The notes: a model not told the origin generated them from the letters alone. A DNA stretch of 60,141 bases from Spirochaetia bacterium (GCA_963662265.2 CAXXHA010000037.1:1-60141); one strand, 5' to 3'; positions 20,195 through 30,780 are shown, numbered from the stretch's first letter. A program made the numbers and translations.

Positions 20195-21145
20195 ATGAAT
20201 AAAAAACTGCACCAGAAAATAAACAAATATTTCAAAGACGGGATATTCAGAATTAATCTGACAAATGATGAAACTGAAAACAAAATACTTATTCCGGGAC
20301 ACAGGTTTATCCCTTTTCTGAATCCTGACAAAAACCTCAATAGCATCACGTTATATGACCGGAAAGGGAATATCCTGAAATCAAAGATAATTTCAGTAAG
20401 TTCTGAAAGGATAAAACAGTATTATTCACTTTTCGGACTTGATAATTTCATGTTTATACTTATCAGGGATATCGAAGAAAACAGCAGAATCATAATGAAG
20501 CCTTCAAGTGACCCAAAAAAATTCAAAATAACAGTTTACAATATTGAACCGCTTTTCAGCCTCCCGGCCGGAAAGGGAGACCGCAGCAAATTATCCCTTG
20601 TAATCAAAATAATAGACTGGGAAGAAGGGGTATATTCTGCAGAACTGGCAGAACATACCGGAAAAACTGAAGATGTCTCATTATGGATTAAAAACCTTGA
20701 AAACGGGCTTTTACAGGCAGGTGATTATAAATCAGAAACCGACTCTATTGAAGATTATCTGAGCACAGCCTTTATGCTGGGGGGAGAATACCTGGTAAAA
20801 AATCCGGCTGTTACACTTGAAGAGTTTCAGGATTTTTCAGAAAAGAATTTCCTTACCATGTTTCATTCTAAATCTGCAGCCTCCCGTATCCTGGAAACCA
20901 GGAAGCAGCAGCTTAACAGCAAAATAAACACGCTTATAGAAAACCTGCTGTCTGTTGAAAACAGAATAATAAGCGGTGAACTCAGGGAAAGCAGGAATAA
21001 GATAATTTCGCTTGAAAGGATCTCAAACACAATAAGCACTCTCAGGTCTTTTTCAGCAGAACTGGACAACCCTGAGATAAATGAAGAAAAATTAAGCATT
21101 ATAATAAGAATAATTAATGACTCAGAAAAACTGGCACAACTCTGA
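20195..21145 (+). CDS. Hypothetical protein with C-terminal coiled coil
   Basis: 316-aa ORF with SD GGGG; no recognised motif. Confidence 0.7.
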   Translation: MNKKLHQKINKYFKDGIFRINLTNDETENKILIPGHRFIPFLNPDKNLNSITLYDRKGNILKSKIISVSSERIKQYYSLFGLDNFMFILIRDIEENSRIIMKPSSDPKKFKITVYNIEPLFSLPAGKGDRSKLSLVIKIIDWEEGVYSAELAEHTGKTEDVSLWIKNLENGLLQAGDYKSETDSIEDYLSTAFMLGGEYLVKNPAVTLEEFQDFSEKNFLTMFHSKSAASRILETRKQQLNSKINTLIENLLSVENRIISGELRESRNKIISLERISNTISTLRSFSAELDNPEINEEKLSIIIRIINDSEKLAQL

Positions 21146-21240
21146 TTTTTATCTATCAGTCCCGTGAAGAAAAGTACTGCAGCTCCATCTATATCAGGAG
21201 CCGCTTATATCCGGATATATTTTTAAATCATTGAAAAATA

Positions 21241-22422
21241 TCAGTTCTCAAGGGCAAGAGCACACATGACAATTATCCCGTTTTTTATGGCCCTGTCATT
21301 AAAATCAAACCTGCAGTTATGAAGAGAAGGATAATCACTGCCAAGTCCAAGCCGGTAAAAAGCACCCGGTTTCTTATCTGTATAAAAGGAAAAATCCTCT
21401 GCCCCGAATGTAATAGCTGCATCGCTGCTCCATTTATCACTTCCCAGATACTTACTAACTGTTTCTCCCAGGTGATTCACGCAGCGGCTGTCATTGATAA
21501 GGGGAATATAATTCGGGTGATAATCGAAACTGAAACTTCCCCCTGCGGCAGATGTTACCCCCTCAAGGATATTCTCCATAAGTCTCTGGATTTCATCTTT
21601 AAGCTCTTTCCTGAAATACCTCACAGTACCCTGAAGCTTCACTGAATCGGGAATAACATTGTACTGCTGTCCGCCGTGTAGAGCACAGACAGAAAGGACA
21701 ATCCTGTCTACAGGATCAATATACCTGGATGCTATATTCTGAAAAGCAAGTACAGCCTGGGATGCCATGACTACAGGGTCGACAGAAAGATTAGGCATTG
21801 CAGCATGCCCCCCCTTCCCCTTTATTTCTATATCAAAGTTATCAACAGCAGCCATGATAGCTCCCGGGCAGCTTTCTATATAACCTTCTTCCACGCCCGG
21901 CCATCCGTGAAGAGCATAGACCTCATCAACAGCTGGCTCATCCCTTAAAAGACCTTCGGCAGCAAGTATTTTTCCGCCGCCCCCTTCCTCTTCTGCAGGC
22001 TGAAAAACAAGTTTCACATTGCCCCTAATCTCTTTTCTTACAGAGGAAAGTATTTTAGCCGCACCGAGCAGAACAGCAATATGTCCGTCATGCCCGCATG
22101 AGTGTGACATGCCGCCGGTTTCAGAGCAGTAGGAAACCCCGGTCTCCTCTTCTACAGGAAGAGCATCTATATCCGCCCTGAGCAGTATTGTTTTACCGGG
22201 CTTCCCCCCCCTGATTACAGCAACTGTATCAGTTTCTATATAGGGTTTCTGAATTTCAACATCAAGTTTCCCGAGGTAATCTCTGATAAATTCAGCTGTT
22301 TTATATTCTTTAAACATGATCTCCGGCATTCTGTGAAGGTGATGCCTTATGCCTGTTACTTCTGCAATAATAGAATCAACTTTCTTTTCAAGCAATTCCG
22401 AAGTAATACTGCTGTTATTCAC
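21241..22422 (-). CDS. M20D amidohydrolase
   Basis: RADIDALP, SHSCGHDGH, FQPAEE, GAEDFS, LHN. Confidence 0.9.
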   Translation of the reverse strand: MNNSSITSELLEKKVDSIIAEVTGIRHHLHRMPEIMFKEYKTAEFIRDYLGKLDVEIQKPYIETDTVAVIRGGKPGKTILLRADIDALPVEEETGVSYCSETGGMSHSCGHDGHIAVLLGAAKILSSVRKEIRGNVKLVFQPAEEEGGGGKILAAEGLLRDEPAVDEVYALHGWPGVEEGYIESCPGAIMAAVDNFDIEIKGKGGHAAMPNLSVDPVVMASQAVLAFQNIASRYIDPVDRIVLSVCALHGGQQYNVIPDSVKLQGTVRYFRKELKDEIQRLMENILEGVTSAAGGSFSFDYHPNYIPLINDSRCVNHLGETVSKYLGSDKWSSDAAITFGAEDFSFYTDKKPGAFYRLGLGSDYPSLHNCRFDFNDRAIKNGIIVMCALALEN

Positions 22423-22984
22423 TGTAGAGCTCCTTTTTTATCTCATCCCAGCATGTGCCGCTGTCTATTTTCCCCTTCAGGTAAAGCGTTATAAGCCCCC
22501 TGATCCTGTCAGGAAAGTGTCTCCAGTAATTCTCCTGCCAGTCAGGCATTGACCTGTTAAGCTCGGCCTGCTCTGTTACAGACATTTCGCCGGAACTGAA
22601 ACGGAGAATCTGATCAATCATCTTTATTACAACATCGTTGGGAAGCTTTTCTGCACCGCCCCTCTTTTTTGCACGTTCAGGATCTGGGACCCACTGGTCA
22701 AGAAGGACACCCAGGTCATGATCCGATATCCCGGGAGCTTCCTGCCTGATTGTCTTTACAACAAAATCCTTTACAGTATCACTTATCATTTTTTTCGAGG
22801 AGGCAACCTGTTTGCCGAGGTCGCGGCCTGCGTCATGGGCTATTCTGTTTATATCTATCCCCATGGGGCTGTGGCTTTTGTTTTCAATCCTTCTCCTGAG
22901 AGCCTCTTTTATAACTTCAAGTTCCCTGTCGCCAGCCTTGTTGAGAATATAATCTACTATATTGTAAAGTTCCCTGTCTTCCAT
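22415..22984 (-). CDS. Hypothetical alpha-helical protein
   Basis: 189-aa ORF overlapping the downstream M20 start by 8 nt, suggesting an operon. Confidence 0.7.
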   Translation of the reverse strand: MEDRELYNIVDYILNKAGDRELEVIKEALRRRIENKSHSPMGIDINRIAHDAGRDLGKQVASSKKMISDTVKDFVVKTIRQEAPGISDHDLGVLLDQWVPDPERAKKRGGAEKLPNDVVIKMIDQILRFSSGEMSVTEQAELNRSMPDWQENYWRHFPDRIRGLITLYLKGKIDSGTCWDEIKKELYSE

Positions 22985-23016
22985 TTTTTACTTATTCAGT
23001 ATTTATCAGATTATCT

Positions 23017-23214
23017 TCAGGAATAAAGAGAAGCAAATTTCCTGTAGGACCTGTCATATGTTTTTTCAACATTATCCGGAAAAAAACATGCAGGAAGCTG
23101 CTTCATAGCCCTGTGATAGGCAACACATTCACAGCATTTGCCTTTTTTATCACAGCCGGGATAGCTGCAGTTGCAGTTTTTCATATTTTCACTGATATTA
23201 TGACAGTTTGCCAT
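23017..23214 (-). CDS. Small Cys-rich protein (DUF6485-like)
   Basis: [21 protein letters not shown]...LPACFF...TYDRS pattern; SD GGGGG. Confidence 0.75.
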   Translation of the reverse strand: MANCHNISENMKNCNCSYPGCDKKGKCCECVAYHRAMKQLPACFFPDNVEKTYDRSYRKFASLYS

Positions 23215-23362
23215 TTATTCCCCCTGTAGTTTGACATCAATGCAGTTTTATTATACATGCCGGATAAATACTGAATGCTTTTCAATATCATAATGTATTG
23301 CAAGAACCGGGATATTAATCAGATCCGGCCGGATAAAATATTTTTATCTGAACATGGTGAAA

Positions 23363-23391
23363 TTGAGCTTTTCCTGCACTCCCTGTATAAT
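23363..23391 (+). promoter_or_regulatory. Sigma70 promoter, probably leaderless, for the U32 gene
   Basis: TTGAGC-17-TATAAT, then 6 nt to ATG 23398; no SD. Confidence 0.6.
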
Positions 23392-23397
23392 GTCTTC

Positions 23398-25683
23398 ATG
23401 AATGATAAACTTTATCCTGTAAAAATGCCAGAGCTTCTTGCTCCGGCAGGAAACCTCGAATCAGCGATAGCTGCTTTTGAAAGCGGCGCAGATGCTGTTT
23501 ATGCCGGCCTCGGCAAATTCAATGCAAGGGAAATGGGGGAAAATTTCACATTTGATGACATGGCCCGGCTCAAAGGCTATGCGGTAAAACAGGACAAAAA
23601 ACTTTATCTTACATTCAACACACTTATAAAGGAAAATGAACTCGAAGAATTCTGCAGCATGTTATACCGCGCAGCATCTCTTGAACCGGATGCAGTCATT
23701 GTGCAGGATCTGGGCGCTGTACAGATTATCAAGGATCTTTATCCGTCAATCGACATACATGCTTCTACCCAGATGGCCTTACACAACAGCGCCGGCATAA
23801 AAGAAGCTGCAAAAATGGGAATAAAAAGGGTAATACTGGAAAGGCAGGTATACCTTGAAGAAATTGAACAGATAATGAAGAAAACACCTGTCGAACTTGA
23901 AGTATTTATTCACGGAGCTCTCTGCTGCTCCCTTTCAGGTCAGTGCCTCCTGTCATCATGGCTCGGCGGATTCAGCGGCAACAGGGGAAAATGCAAACAG
24001 CCCTGCAGAAGACTGTATAAAGAAAACGGAAAAGAGGGTTTTTTCCTTTCTCCCGGCGACCTGTCTACAGCAGATATGATAGGCCAGTTTATAAAGGCGG
24101 GTATAAGCTCCCTTAAAATCGAGGGTCGGCTCAAACGGGGAGATTATATAAAAAATACTGTTTCCTCCTACAGGAAAATACTGGATTACTACCGGGATGG
24201 AGAAAAAAACAGCAGGATACTTGATGATTGCATGAAAAACCTCTCAAGATCATCCTATACAAGGGAATTCACCCACGGGTTTTACAATCCTGTGGAAATA
24301 CCGGCCCTTATAAAACCTGAAAAAACAGGACTCTCCGGAAAATACATCGGAAAAGTATGCGCAGCTGAAAAAGGATCATTCAGGATAAAGCTGACAGACA
24401 GGCTACATGTCGGCGACAAGATAAGGATACATAACCAGTTCAGGGAGGAGAAAAACATAATAACGGTAACTTCCCTGCATGAAAACAGCAGGAAAGTGAA
24501 ATCCGCGGGAAAAGGCAGTATTGTGACTCTTTCAACAGGGAAGAGAATTCCCCTGGGCGGAAAAGTCTACAAGACAGGGGAGACTGTAGCGCTTAAGGTA
24601 AACAGGAATACTCTTCCCCCGTTTATGAAGACACTTGAAGCTGATATTGATATTGCTGTTGATGAGAAAGGGTTTGAAGTAAATTATTCCGCAGAAGGGA
24701 AAAAAGGCAGCTGGAGATATTCCGGAGATTTTGAGAAGGCTGACAATAATCCGGTTACCGGGGATATTATTGAAAGGCTCTTCATGAAAACAGGATCTGA
24801 GAGACTCATCGCCGGAAAAATCAATACAGATATAAAAGGAAGTTTATTTATTCCTGCAAGTGTTCAGAAAAAAATTAAAAATGAATTCTGGGAAAATGCT
24901 TCAGAATTCCTGAATAATGAACTGAAGAATCTTGATGGAAAGAGTATATCTTCAGGGTTTACCGGAAAATACAGAACAAAAACAGAAGATGCCGGAAAAA
25001 CACAGGCAAGAACAATACTGATATCCGAGAAGACTCCTGAAGATGAACTGAAGCAGATAACTGACGGTAAAACAGAAAGCATATTCTGCTCATCAATCAA
25101 TTTCTATAAAAACAGAAAAGAGAGCAGTCCTGAAATATCTGAAATAATCCTGCCCCACTTCTGCAGTGAATCAAAAATCACTGAACTGGAAAAAGATATT
25201 GAATACTGTTATGAAAAGGGAATAAGGAAATTCAGGCTGACATCTGTTTATCAGCTTTATCTTCTGGAAAAATATCTTGATATAGAAAAAAACATCTCCT
25301 ATCCGTTTCCTGTCACAAACAGCGCGACCTCTTTTTATCTGAAGTCAAGGGGAGTAAATAAAGTACAGGGATGGATTGAACTAGACAGAGAAGCTTTCAG
25401 AGCTTTTTCAGAGAATTCATCAGTCGCAACAGAAATATACAAATTCGGGCTTCCCTTTGTATTTGCAACAAGAGCAATGCTGAAAATACAAACTAAAATT
25501 ACAGACAACAGGGGAAATGCTTTCTTTTCAGGGGGGAGCAGCGGTATTACCTATCTTTACCCTGACTCATATATCAGGATCAGCAATAATCTCTCTATTC
25601 CTTCATTCTATGATTTATCGGTAAATATACCGGAACTCAACGGAAAGTTTTCTGATTTCAATTTTTCGAAAAATTTCCAGTAA
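23398..25683 (+). CDS. Peptidase U32 family Fe-S protein (RlhA-like RNA hydroxylase architecture)
   Basis: PELLAPAG, GADAVYAG, IHASTQ, EVFIHGALCCSLSGQC, NRGKCKQPCR, SLKIEGR. The start is moved from the track's 23275. Confidence 0.85.
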   Translation: MNDKLYPVKMPELLAPAGNLESAIAAFESGADAVYAGLGKFNAREMGENFTFDDMARLKGYAVKQDKKLYLTFNTLIKENELEEFCSMLYRAASLEPDAVIVQDLGAVQIIKDLYPSIDIHASTQMALHNSAGIKEAAKMGIKRVILERQVYLEEIEQIMKKTPVELEVFIHGALCCSLSGQCLLSSWLGGFSGNRGKCKQPCRRLYKENGKEGFFLSPGDLSTADMIGQFIKAGISSLKIEGRLKRGDYIKNTVSSYRKILDYYRDGEKNSRILDDCMKNLSRSSYTREFTHGFYNPVEIPALIKPEKTGLSGKYIGKVCAAEKGSFRIKLTDRLHVGDKIRIHNQFREEKNIITVTSLHENSRKVKSAGKGSIVTLSTGKRIPLGGKVYKTGETVALKVNRNTLPPFMKTLEADIDIAVDEKGFEVNYSAEGKKGSWRYSGDFEKADNNPVTGDIIERLFMKTGSERLIAGKINTDIKGSLFIPASVQKKIKNEFWENASEFLNNELKNLDGKSISSGFTGKYRTKTEDAGKTQARTILISEKTPEDELKQITDGKTESIFCSSINFYKNRKESSPEISEIILPHFCSESKITELEKDIEYCYEKGIRKFRLTSVYQLYLLEKYLDIEKNISYPFPVTNSATSFYLKSRGVNKVQGWIELDREAFRAFSENSSVATEIYKFGLPFVFATRAMLKIQTKITDNRGNAFFSGGSSGITYLYPDSYIRISNNLSIPSFYDLSVNIPELNGKFSDFNFSKNFQ

Positions 25684-25836
25684 CAACCAGGAGCAATAAT
25701 TTCAGGAATTCAGCTGTTGATGAGAAAATAAAAAAAATGTGATAGATATTTATCTGTTTAAGCCCCGGCAATCTCGATTTTTGTTGATAAAAATATTAAG
25801 GTTATGTGACATACAGCACAACAACGAGGTAAACAG

Positions 25837-27906
25837 ATGAGCATCAAGCTGAGAACCCAACTAACCTCGCTTATAGCAATTAATATGCTTGTAAGCCTGA
25901 CTTTTTTCTGCGTTATCTATTACAGGAATTCTGTAAACCTTTCCATAGACAAAGCCATGAATTTTCTCCAGATATCAGGCGAGAAGAGGGTAAGTGAAAT
26001 AAATGCTTTTTTCGATGATATCAGTGATGATTTAAGAGTATTGGCAAAAAGCGAATTCATATCATCAAGACCGGAACCTGGTAGCAGTGAACATCAGAAT
26101 GCATTAAACATGTTCAGAATTTTTACAGAGACAAAGCAGTCTGTAAAAGACTATTACGCAGGATACTCGGATGGAATAATTGTTCTGAACAACTTTGTGA
26201 GACCGGAAGGATTTGATCCGAGAAACCGGGACTGGTATATCGATGCCCAAAAACAGAAGGGAAGAGTATGCTGGGGGAACCCTTATACGGGAGTAAAAGA
26301 TAATGAGATCATGGTCTCGGGAAGTCTTTCCCTGCCGGCTGCAAAGAATGGGATATACGGAGTAGTCTCTGCCGACTGTACTATTGCTTCATTAAACCGC
26401 ATGATTAAAAACACAAATGAATTTGAATCATCATATTCCTTCATAATTAATCAGGAAGGAGTTACCCTGCTTCACCCGGATTCTGATGAAACAGGCAGCA
26501 ACATCAGCAGCACCCCACTTTTTAAAAGCATCTCCGGGGATTCAGGAATAACAGAATATGATTCAAAAGAGCATAAAATGCTGGCGTATTTTACAAAGAT
26601 AAAATCAACAGGGTGGATTCTTTTTACTGTTGTTTCACGGGATGAAATATATGCACCTGTAATCTCCAGAACTGTCAGATGGATATTAGTAATAATGACC
26701 TTCAATATAATTGTATCTATATTGTTTTTCATACTTTTGAACAGAAAAATAGTTTCCCCCCTTTCAAGGATGAACAATGCTGTGGGTATAATGACTGGCG
26801 GAGATCTTACTCATCAGATAGGAATAAATTCCCATACTGAAATAGGAGAACTCTCATCAAGAATTGATACTTTCACGGGAACCCTCCGGAACATAATCAT
26901 CAATATGAAGAAAATATCCCAGAACAATGTTTCAGCCAAGAATATTCTTGTTAAAAAATCTGAATCCTCATTAAATGCCGGAAAAATAATTGAATCCCAT
27001 ATTAATAAGGGACACAGAAGGATCGGGGAATTACGCGGAGGAGTTGACGGGACAAGAAAGACAAGCGACAAGCTGAGTCTCAATATTGAAAGTCTCGACA
27101 GGCAGGTTAATATACAGGCCGAAGCTGTTGCAGAATCATCTGCAGCAGTTGAGGAGATGGTTGCATCTCTTAAAAATGTGGCAGATATTGTAGATAAAAA
27201 GCAGAAGACAATTAAGATCCTTGAAGATGTTACACTCAAAGGAAATGAAAAACTTTCAGAAACAAACAAAGTATTCAAAACAGGTATTGCAGACAGGATA
27301 TCAGATATCACTTCAATGCTGGAGATTATCGATGATATGGCGGAAATGACAAACCTCCTGTCCATGAATGCGGCTATCGAAGCAGCACATGCCGGGGAAG
27401 CTGGTAAAGGTTTTGCAGTTGTTGCAGATGAAATCAGGAAAATGGCCACTACTTCTGCTGATAATTCAAAGTCAATAAATTCAATAATAAAAGAAATTAT
27501 AAAATCCATTGAACTGACACATGAATACAGTAAAGCAACTGCCCATGCCTTTACAGATATAGAAAGGGAAATAAACGGATTTTCCCAGGTATTATCTGAA
27601 ATATCATCAAGCACTCTCGAGCTTTCAGCAGGAAGCGAACAGGTACTGCAGTCAGTATCGACACTCAGCAATGTCTCTTCCGATGTGAAGGAGAACAGCA
27701 GTGATATCAGAAACATTCAGAATCATCTCAATATTGAAATCGACAGGATTAATTCCATTTCTTCAGATGTTTCAGGCGATATGTCCGGTATTCATGAAAG
27801 AATCAGAGAAATTGTTACCTATATAACAGAACTGAACGAAATAACCGGAGATCTCGGGGAAACAGCCGATTTGATAGAAACAGATGTAAATCAATTTGAA
27901 ACTTAA
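25837..27906 (+). CDS. Methyl-accepting chemotaxis protein with dCache sensor
   Basis: Two TM helices, DPRNRDWY...PY dCache motif, [35 protein letters not shown]. Confidence 0.93.
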   Translation: MSIKLRTQLTSLIAINMLVSLTFFCVIYYRNSVNLSIDKAMNFLQISGEKRVSEINAFFDDISDDLRVLAKSEFISSRPEPGSSEHQNALNMFRIFTETKQSVKDYYAGYSDGIIVLNNFVRPEGFDPRNRDWYIDAQKQKGRVCWGNPYTGVKDNEIMVSGSLSLPAAKNGIYGVVSADCTIASLNRMIKNTNEFESSYSFIINQEGVTLLHPDSDETGSNISSTPLFKSISGDSGITEYDSKEHKMLAYFTKIKSTGWILFTVVSRDEIYAPVISRTVRWILVIMTFNIIVSILFFILLNRKIVSPLSRMNNAVGIMTGGDLTHQIGINSHTEIGELSSRIDTFTGTLRNIIINMKKISQNNVSAKNILVKKSESSLNAGKIIESHINKGHRRIGELRGGVDGTRKTSDKLSLNIESLDRQVNIQAEAVAESSAAVEEMVASLKNVADIVDKKQKTIKILEDVTLKGNEKLSETNKVFKTGIADRISDITSMLEIIDDMAEMTNLLSMNAAIEAAHAGEAGKGFAVVADEIRKMATTSADNSKSINSIIKEIIKSIELTHEYSKATAHAFTDIEREINGFSQVLSEISSSTLELSAGSEQVLQSVSTLSNVSSDVKENSSDIRNIQNHLNIEIDRINSISSDVSGDMSGIHERIREIVTYITELNEITGDLGETADLIETDVNQFET

Positions 27907-27930
27907 AACTGTATCAGTTTGCTGATATTT

Positions 27931-27966
27931 TCCGGATAGTTAAATATCTTTTTTAAACTATCCGGA
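27931..27966 (+). terminator. Stem-loop after the MCP gene
   Basis: TCCGGATAGTT / AACTATCCGGA 11-bp inverted repeat. Confidence 0.45.
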
Positions 27967-28340
27967 TCATAAATAATTTTTCTCAGTTATCTACTGGTAA
28001 AAAATCCATGTTCATAAGGATTGTACTATTCTGAAAAACATCGTTATAATCAATCCTTCAAATTGCCCCTGTATTTCCCATATCATGCCGCCTTTCTACC
28101 ATAGAAAAACCTGTTTAACGCAGAAAAAATGATAAAAAAGCTGATATTTTCCTATCAAGTCAGAAAATGATACAAAAACAGACCCTTTTTGCGCCATATG
28201 TGTCATAAAGATACAGTTTTCGGCATATAATTCTTCCCCGTGTCATAATGACAGAAATCACCTTATCCGGGTAAAAAATAAGCCACGCGAAAAACCAAAG
28301 TAATTCCTTACATCATAAGAACTTATAATTTTTTATAAAA

Positions 28341-28357
28341 TTGGCACGCTCTTTGCA
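28341..28357 (+). promoter_or_regulatory. Sigma54 (-24/-12) promoter of hsp20
   Basis: TTGGCACGCTCTTTGCA matches the YTGGCACG-N4-TTGCW consensus with GG-N10-GC spacing; 41 nt upstream of the ATG. Confidence 0.8.
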
Positions 28358-28398
28358 ATATAACTAGTGAAAAATAAAATATTTTCCGGAGGAAAACA

Positions 28399-28824
28399 AT
28401 GAGATATTTAGTAAAACCAGCAACTTCAGTAAACCTTTTTAATGATTTTGACAGAATGCTTGATTCATACTTTGATAATTCAAAAGAATATAATTTCCAG
28501 CATCCTGCAGTAGATGTAAGAGAAGAGGAAGACAGGTATGTACTCGAAGCAGACCTTCCAGGCCTTACAGAAAAAGACCTTGATGTAAAGTTAGATGATA
28601 AGCTTCTTACAATTTCATCTGTAGAAAAAGAAAAATCAGAGGAAAAGAAAGAAGGATGGCTTATACGAGAAAGAAGAGAAAAATCTTTTTCAAGGTCATT
28701 TGTAATTCCTGATAATGCTGACAGGGAAAACATAAATGCAGAGTTTAAAAACGGTGTTCTCAGACTTGAAATTGAAAAGAAGGCTGCACTCAAGCCTAAA
28801 AATATAGAAATCAAGGTCAGCTAG
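28399..28824 (+). CDS. Hsp20/alpha-crystallin small heat shock protein
   Basis: PAVDVRE, ADLPG, RER..FSRSF, AEFKNGVL, C-terminal IEI motif; SD GGAGG. Confidence 0.95.
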   Translation: MRYLVKPATSVNLFNDFDRMLDSYFDNSKEYNFQHPAVDVREEEDRYVLEADLPGLTEKDLDVKLDDKLLTISSVEKEKSEEKKEGWLIRERREKSFSRSFVIPDNADRENINAEFKNGVLRLEIEKKAALKPKNIEIKVS

Positions 28825-29238
28825 AAAGCTGACCTTTGATAAACCGGTAATTATTTTTACCGGTTAAATCCCGGGGATTTATCCCTGAGCCGATGGTTTT
28901 AAACTCCAGGCAGTTTTTTGCTGCGGAGGCAGGAAAAATGCCTGGAATTTTATATCATAAATACCACTGTAACCAGTGGTATTTATGATTCTGTAAGGAA
29001 TTGATTTTATAGCGGATCTATTACTTTACCCTTACAGAATATTACATACATTCGCAGGAAAATACAGGAATTTGATCCGCCCTGCGAATAAAGTTCTGAT
29101 TCATATCAGACTTTTATTAAAATCAGATCCTCCATCTGGTTTTAGACCTTCAACTCCTTCTAAAGATAATAACATGCTGCAGGCCCGATCTGCCTGCAGC
29201 ACCCTTAAACCGGCCTACCTCCATGGGCCGGTTTTTTT
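28813..29238 (+). other. Array of about 11 consecutive stem-loops ending in a terminator-like hairpin (candidate structured 3-prime UTR or sRNA)
   Basis: Perfect or near-perfect inverted repeats at 28813-36, 28842-65, 28866-80, 28905-46, 28954-89, 28988-29040, 29050-89, 29095-110, 29118-44, 29175-201 and 29207-34, followed by a T run. Confidence 0.55.
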
Positions 29239-29412
29239 ATCAGGAGGACAATATAAAGCATTCTCATTTTCATGGGATTGTTTATCAACAGTTTTTCCAC
29301 ATATTTGAAGATAACTATCCTTTGAGTAAGTCTCACCTGTAAATTGAAAGTATGGGATTTTTTATGCATTCATTGTATTATCTGTCATAAACCTGAAACA
29401 GAGAGGTGCTTA

Positions 29413-29637
29413 ATGGATAAGCAGAAATCCAATGATCCGCTTCACGGGATCAAGCTTGAAAAAATTGTGACAGACCTTGTCGATTACTACGGATGGAGAG
29501 AGCTGGGTGAAATAATTGATATAAACTGTTTCAATATTAATCCTTCTGTGAAATCCAGCCTCAAATTCCTCAGAAGAACTCCATGGGCAAGAGCAAAAGT
29601 TGAAAGGCTCTGGCTTTCAACGGAATTTGACAGATAG
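29413..29637 (+). CDS. VF530/DUF2132 family small DNA-binding protein
   Basis: [10 protein letters not shown]...YGW..L...[27 protein letters not shown]; SD GAGG before ATG 29413. Confidence 0.88.
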   Translation: MDKQKSNDPLHGIKLEKIVTDLVDYYGWRELGEIIDINCFNINPSVKSSLKFLRRTPWARAKVERLWLSTEFDR

Positions 29638-29671
29638 TCAACAGGCTGTAATGCTGATTTTCAGGAACTTG

Positions 29672-29693
29672 AAAAAACCGCATTACTGCGGTT
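29672..29693 (-). terminator. Rho-independent terminator between convergent genes
   Basis: AAAAAACCGCATTACTGCGGTT: a CCGCA/TGCGG stem with an A run giving a minus-strand U tract. Confidence 0.5.
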
Positions 29694-29744
29694 AATTACA
29701 GCTTCCAGAACAGCTGTCAGCAGCCTGTTGAAAACTACAAAATG

Positions 29745-30581
29745 CTACACCCTTTCAAGAAGCCAGTTTTTTATATCTTCAAGAACTTCTTCCTGTCTGA
29801 AATCATTGAGGATTTCATGCCTGCACCCGTCATAGATCCGGATTTTCCTGTCTTCTGACGATACAGAATTATAAACAAATTCACTCCCCTCCGGGGAAGC
29901 AAGCCTGTCATCACTTCCGTGAAGAAGGAAAACAGGTTCTGTTATTTTGTCAGCATTTGCCTCAACAACTTTTCTGATCCGGAAAAGTTCAACTGCTGTT
30001 CCAAGCATAACCTTGCCGTTGTAATTAAGCGGATCATTCCTGTAGTCTTCGACCACATCCTGCAGTGTTGATATTTTCTCATCCCCCAGCTCCATTGTCT
30101 TAAGCCCTGGCAGATACCTGGAAAAAAAGCCCATAACAGCTCTTACCGGAAGAGGAGGATAAGGCATGGGATGGACTGCAGCCCCGGAAGTTACAACTCC
30201 TGATATACTGCTTCCGAACGAAGAGGCATAAATAAGTGAAATACCTCCCCCCATACTGTGCCCCAGCAGAAAAAGTTTAGAACAGCCTGCCTGCTCCGGG
30301 CTGCTGTTTTCTTTTCTTATAAAATCTGTAAAATTTTTCAGATACTCCGAAACAAGAACAGGGTTCTCTGCAAGCCCTTTGATTCCTGTCGACTGACCGT
30401 GACCGGGAAGATCGGGAATATAGACCCTGAATCCAGATCCGGCCAGATAATCAGCACATTTCATATATCTGCCGCCGTGTTCTGCATAACCGTGTACAAT
30501 CAGCACACATCCTTTTTTTTCTCCATCAGGTTCTTTAACCCTGTAGAAGAGCCTTTCTTTTTCATTAATATTAAAATACAT
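29745..30581 (-). CDS. Alpha/beta hydrolase (lysophospholipase/monoglyceride lipase family)
   Basis: HGYAEHGGRY, DLPGHGQS, GHSMGG nucleophile, HGSDD, HEILND. Confidence 0.9.
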   Translation of the reverse strand: MYFNINEKERLFYRVKEPDGEKKGCVLIVHGYAEHGGRYMKCADYLAGSGFRVYIPDLPGHGQSTGIKGLAENPVLVSEYLKNFTDFIRKENSSPEQAGCSKLFLLGHSMGGGISLIYASSFGSSISGVVTSGAAVHPMPYPPLPVRAVMGFFSRYLPGLKTMELGDEKISTLQDVVEDYRNDPLNYNGKVMLGTAVELFRIRKVVEANADKITEPVFLLHGSDDRLASPEGSEFVYNSVSSEDRKIRIYDGCRHEILNDFRQEEVLEDIKNWLLERV

Positions 30582-30680
30582 ATAGTTGTTCCTTAAAGTA
30601 ATAATAATACCTTAGAACCGGCAGCATCAATTATCTTTAAGAAAATATCGCATCACTTTCACACAATATCTGGAAATCAC

Positions 30681-30706
30681 ATCCCCCGCAGCAAGCTGCG
30701 GGGGAT
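30681..30706. repeat. GC-rich perfect palindrome (REP-like or IS200/IS605-end-like hairpin)
   Basis: ATCCCCCGCAGC-AA-GCTGCGGGGGAT, located between divergent genes, so it is not needed as a terminator. Confidence 0.45.
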
Positions 30707-30780
30707 TAGACCCGACCTGAGAATAAAATCAGAAATATGCATTCCGGTATAATTTTTTTCGCTTGCGAAAAAGATTTTGC

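Noticed and set aside
26814-27716. 300-aa minus-strand ORF
   Set aside because: Antisense shadow of the MCP coiled coil; Ser/Ile/Phe-biased.
28341-28367. CIRCE element upstream of hsp20
   Set aside because: TTGGCACGC resembles the left arm, but there is no GAGTGCTAA right arm; sigma54 fits better.
28813-29238. CRISPR array or tRNA cluster as an explanation of the hairpin array
   Set aside because: The hairpins differ in sequence, with no repeated unit, regular spacing, cloverleaf or TTCGA motif, and no cas genes are nearby.
29072-29308. 78-aa ORF within the hairpin array
   Set aside because: TTG start, no recognisable motif, and it runs through a terminator-like hairpin; cannot be supported.
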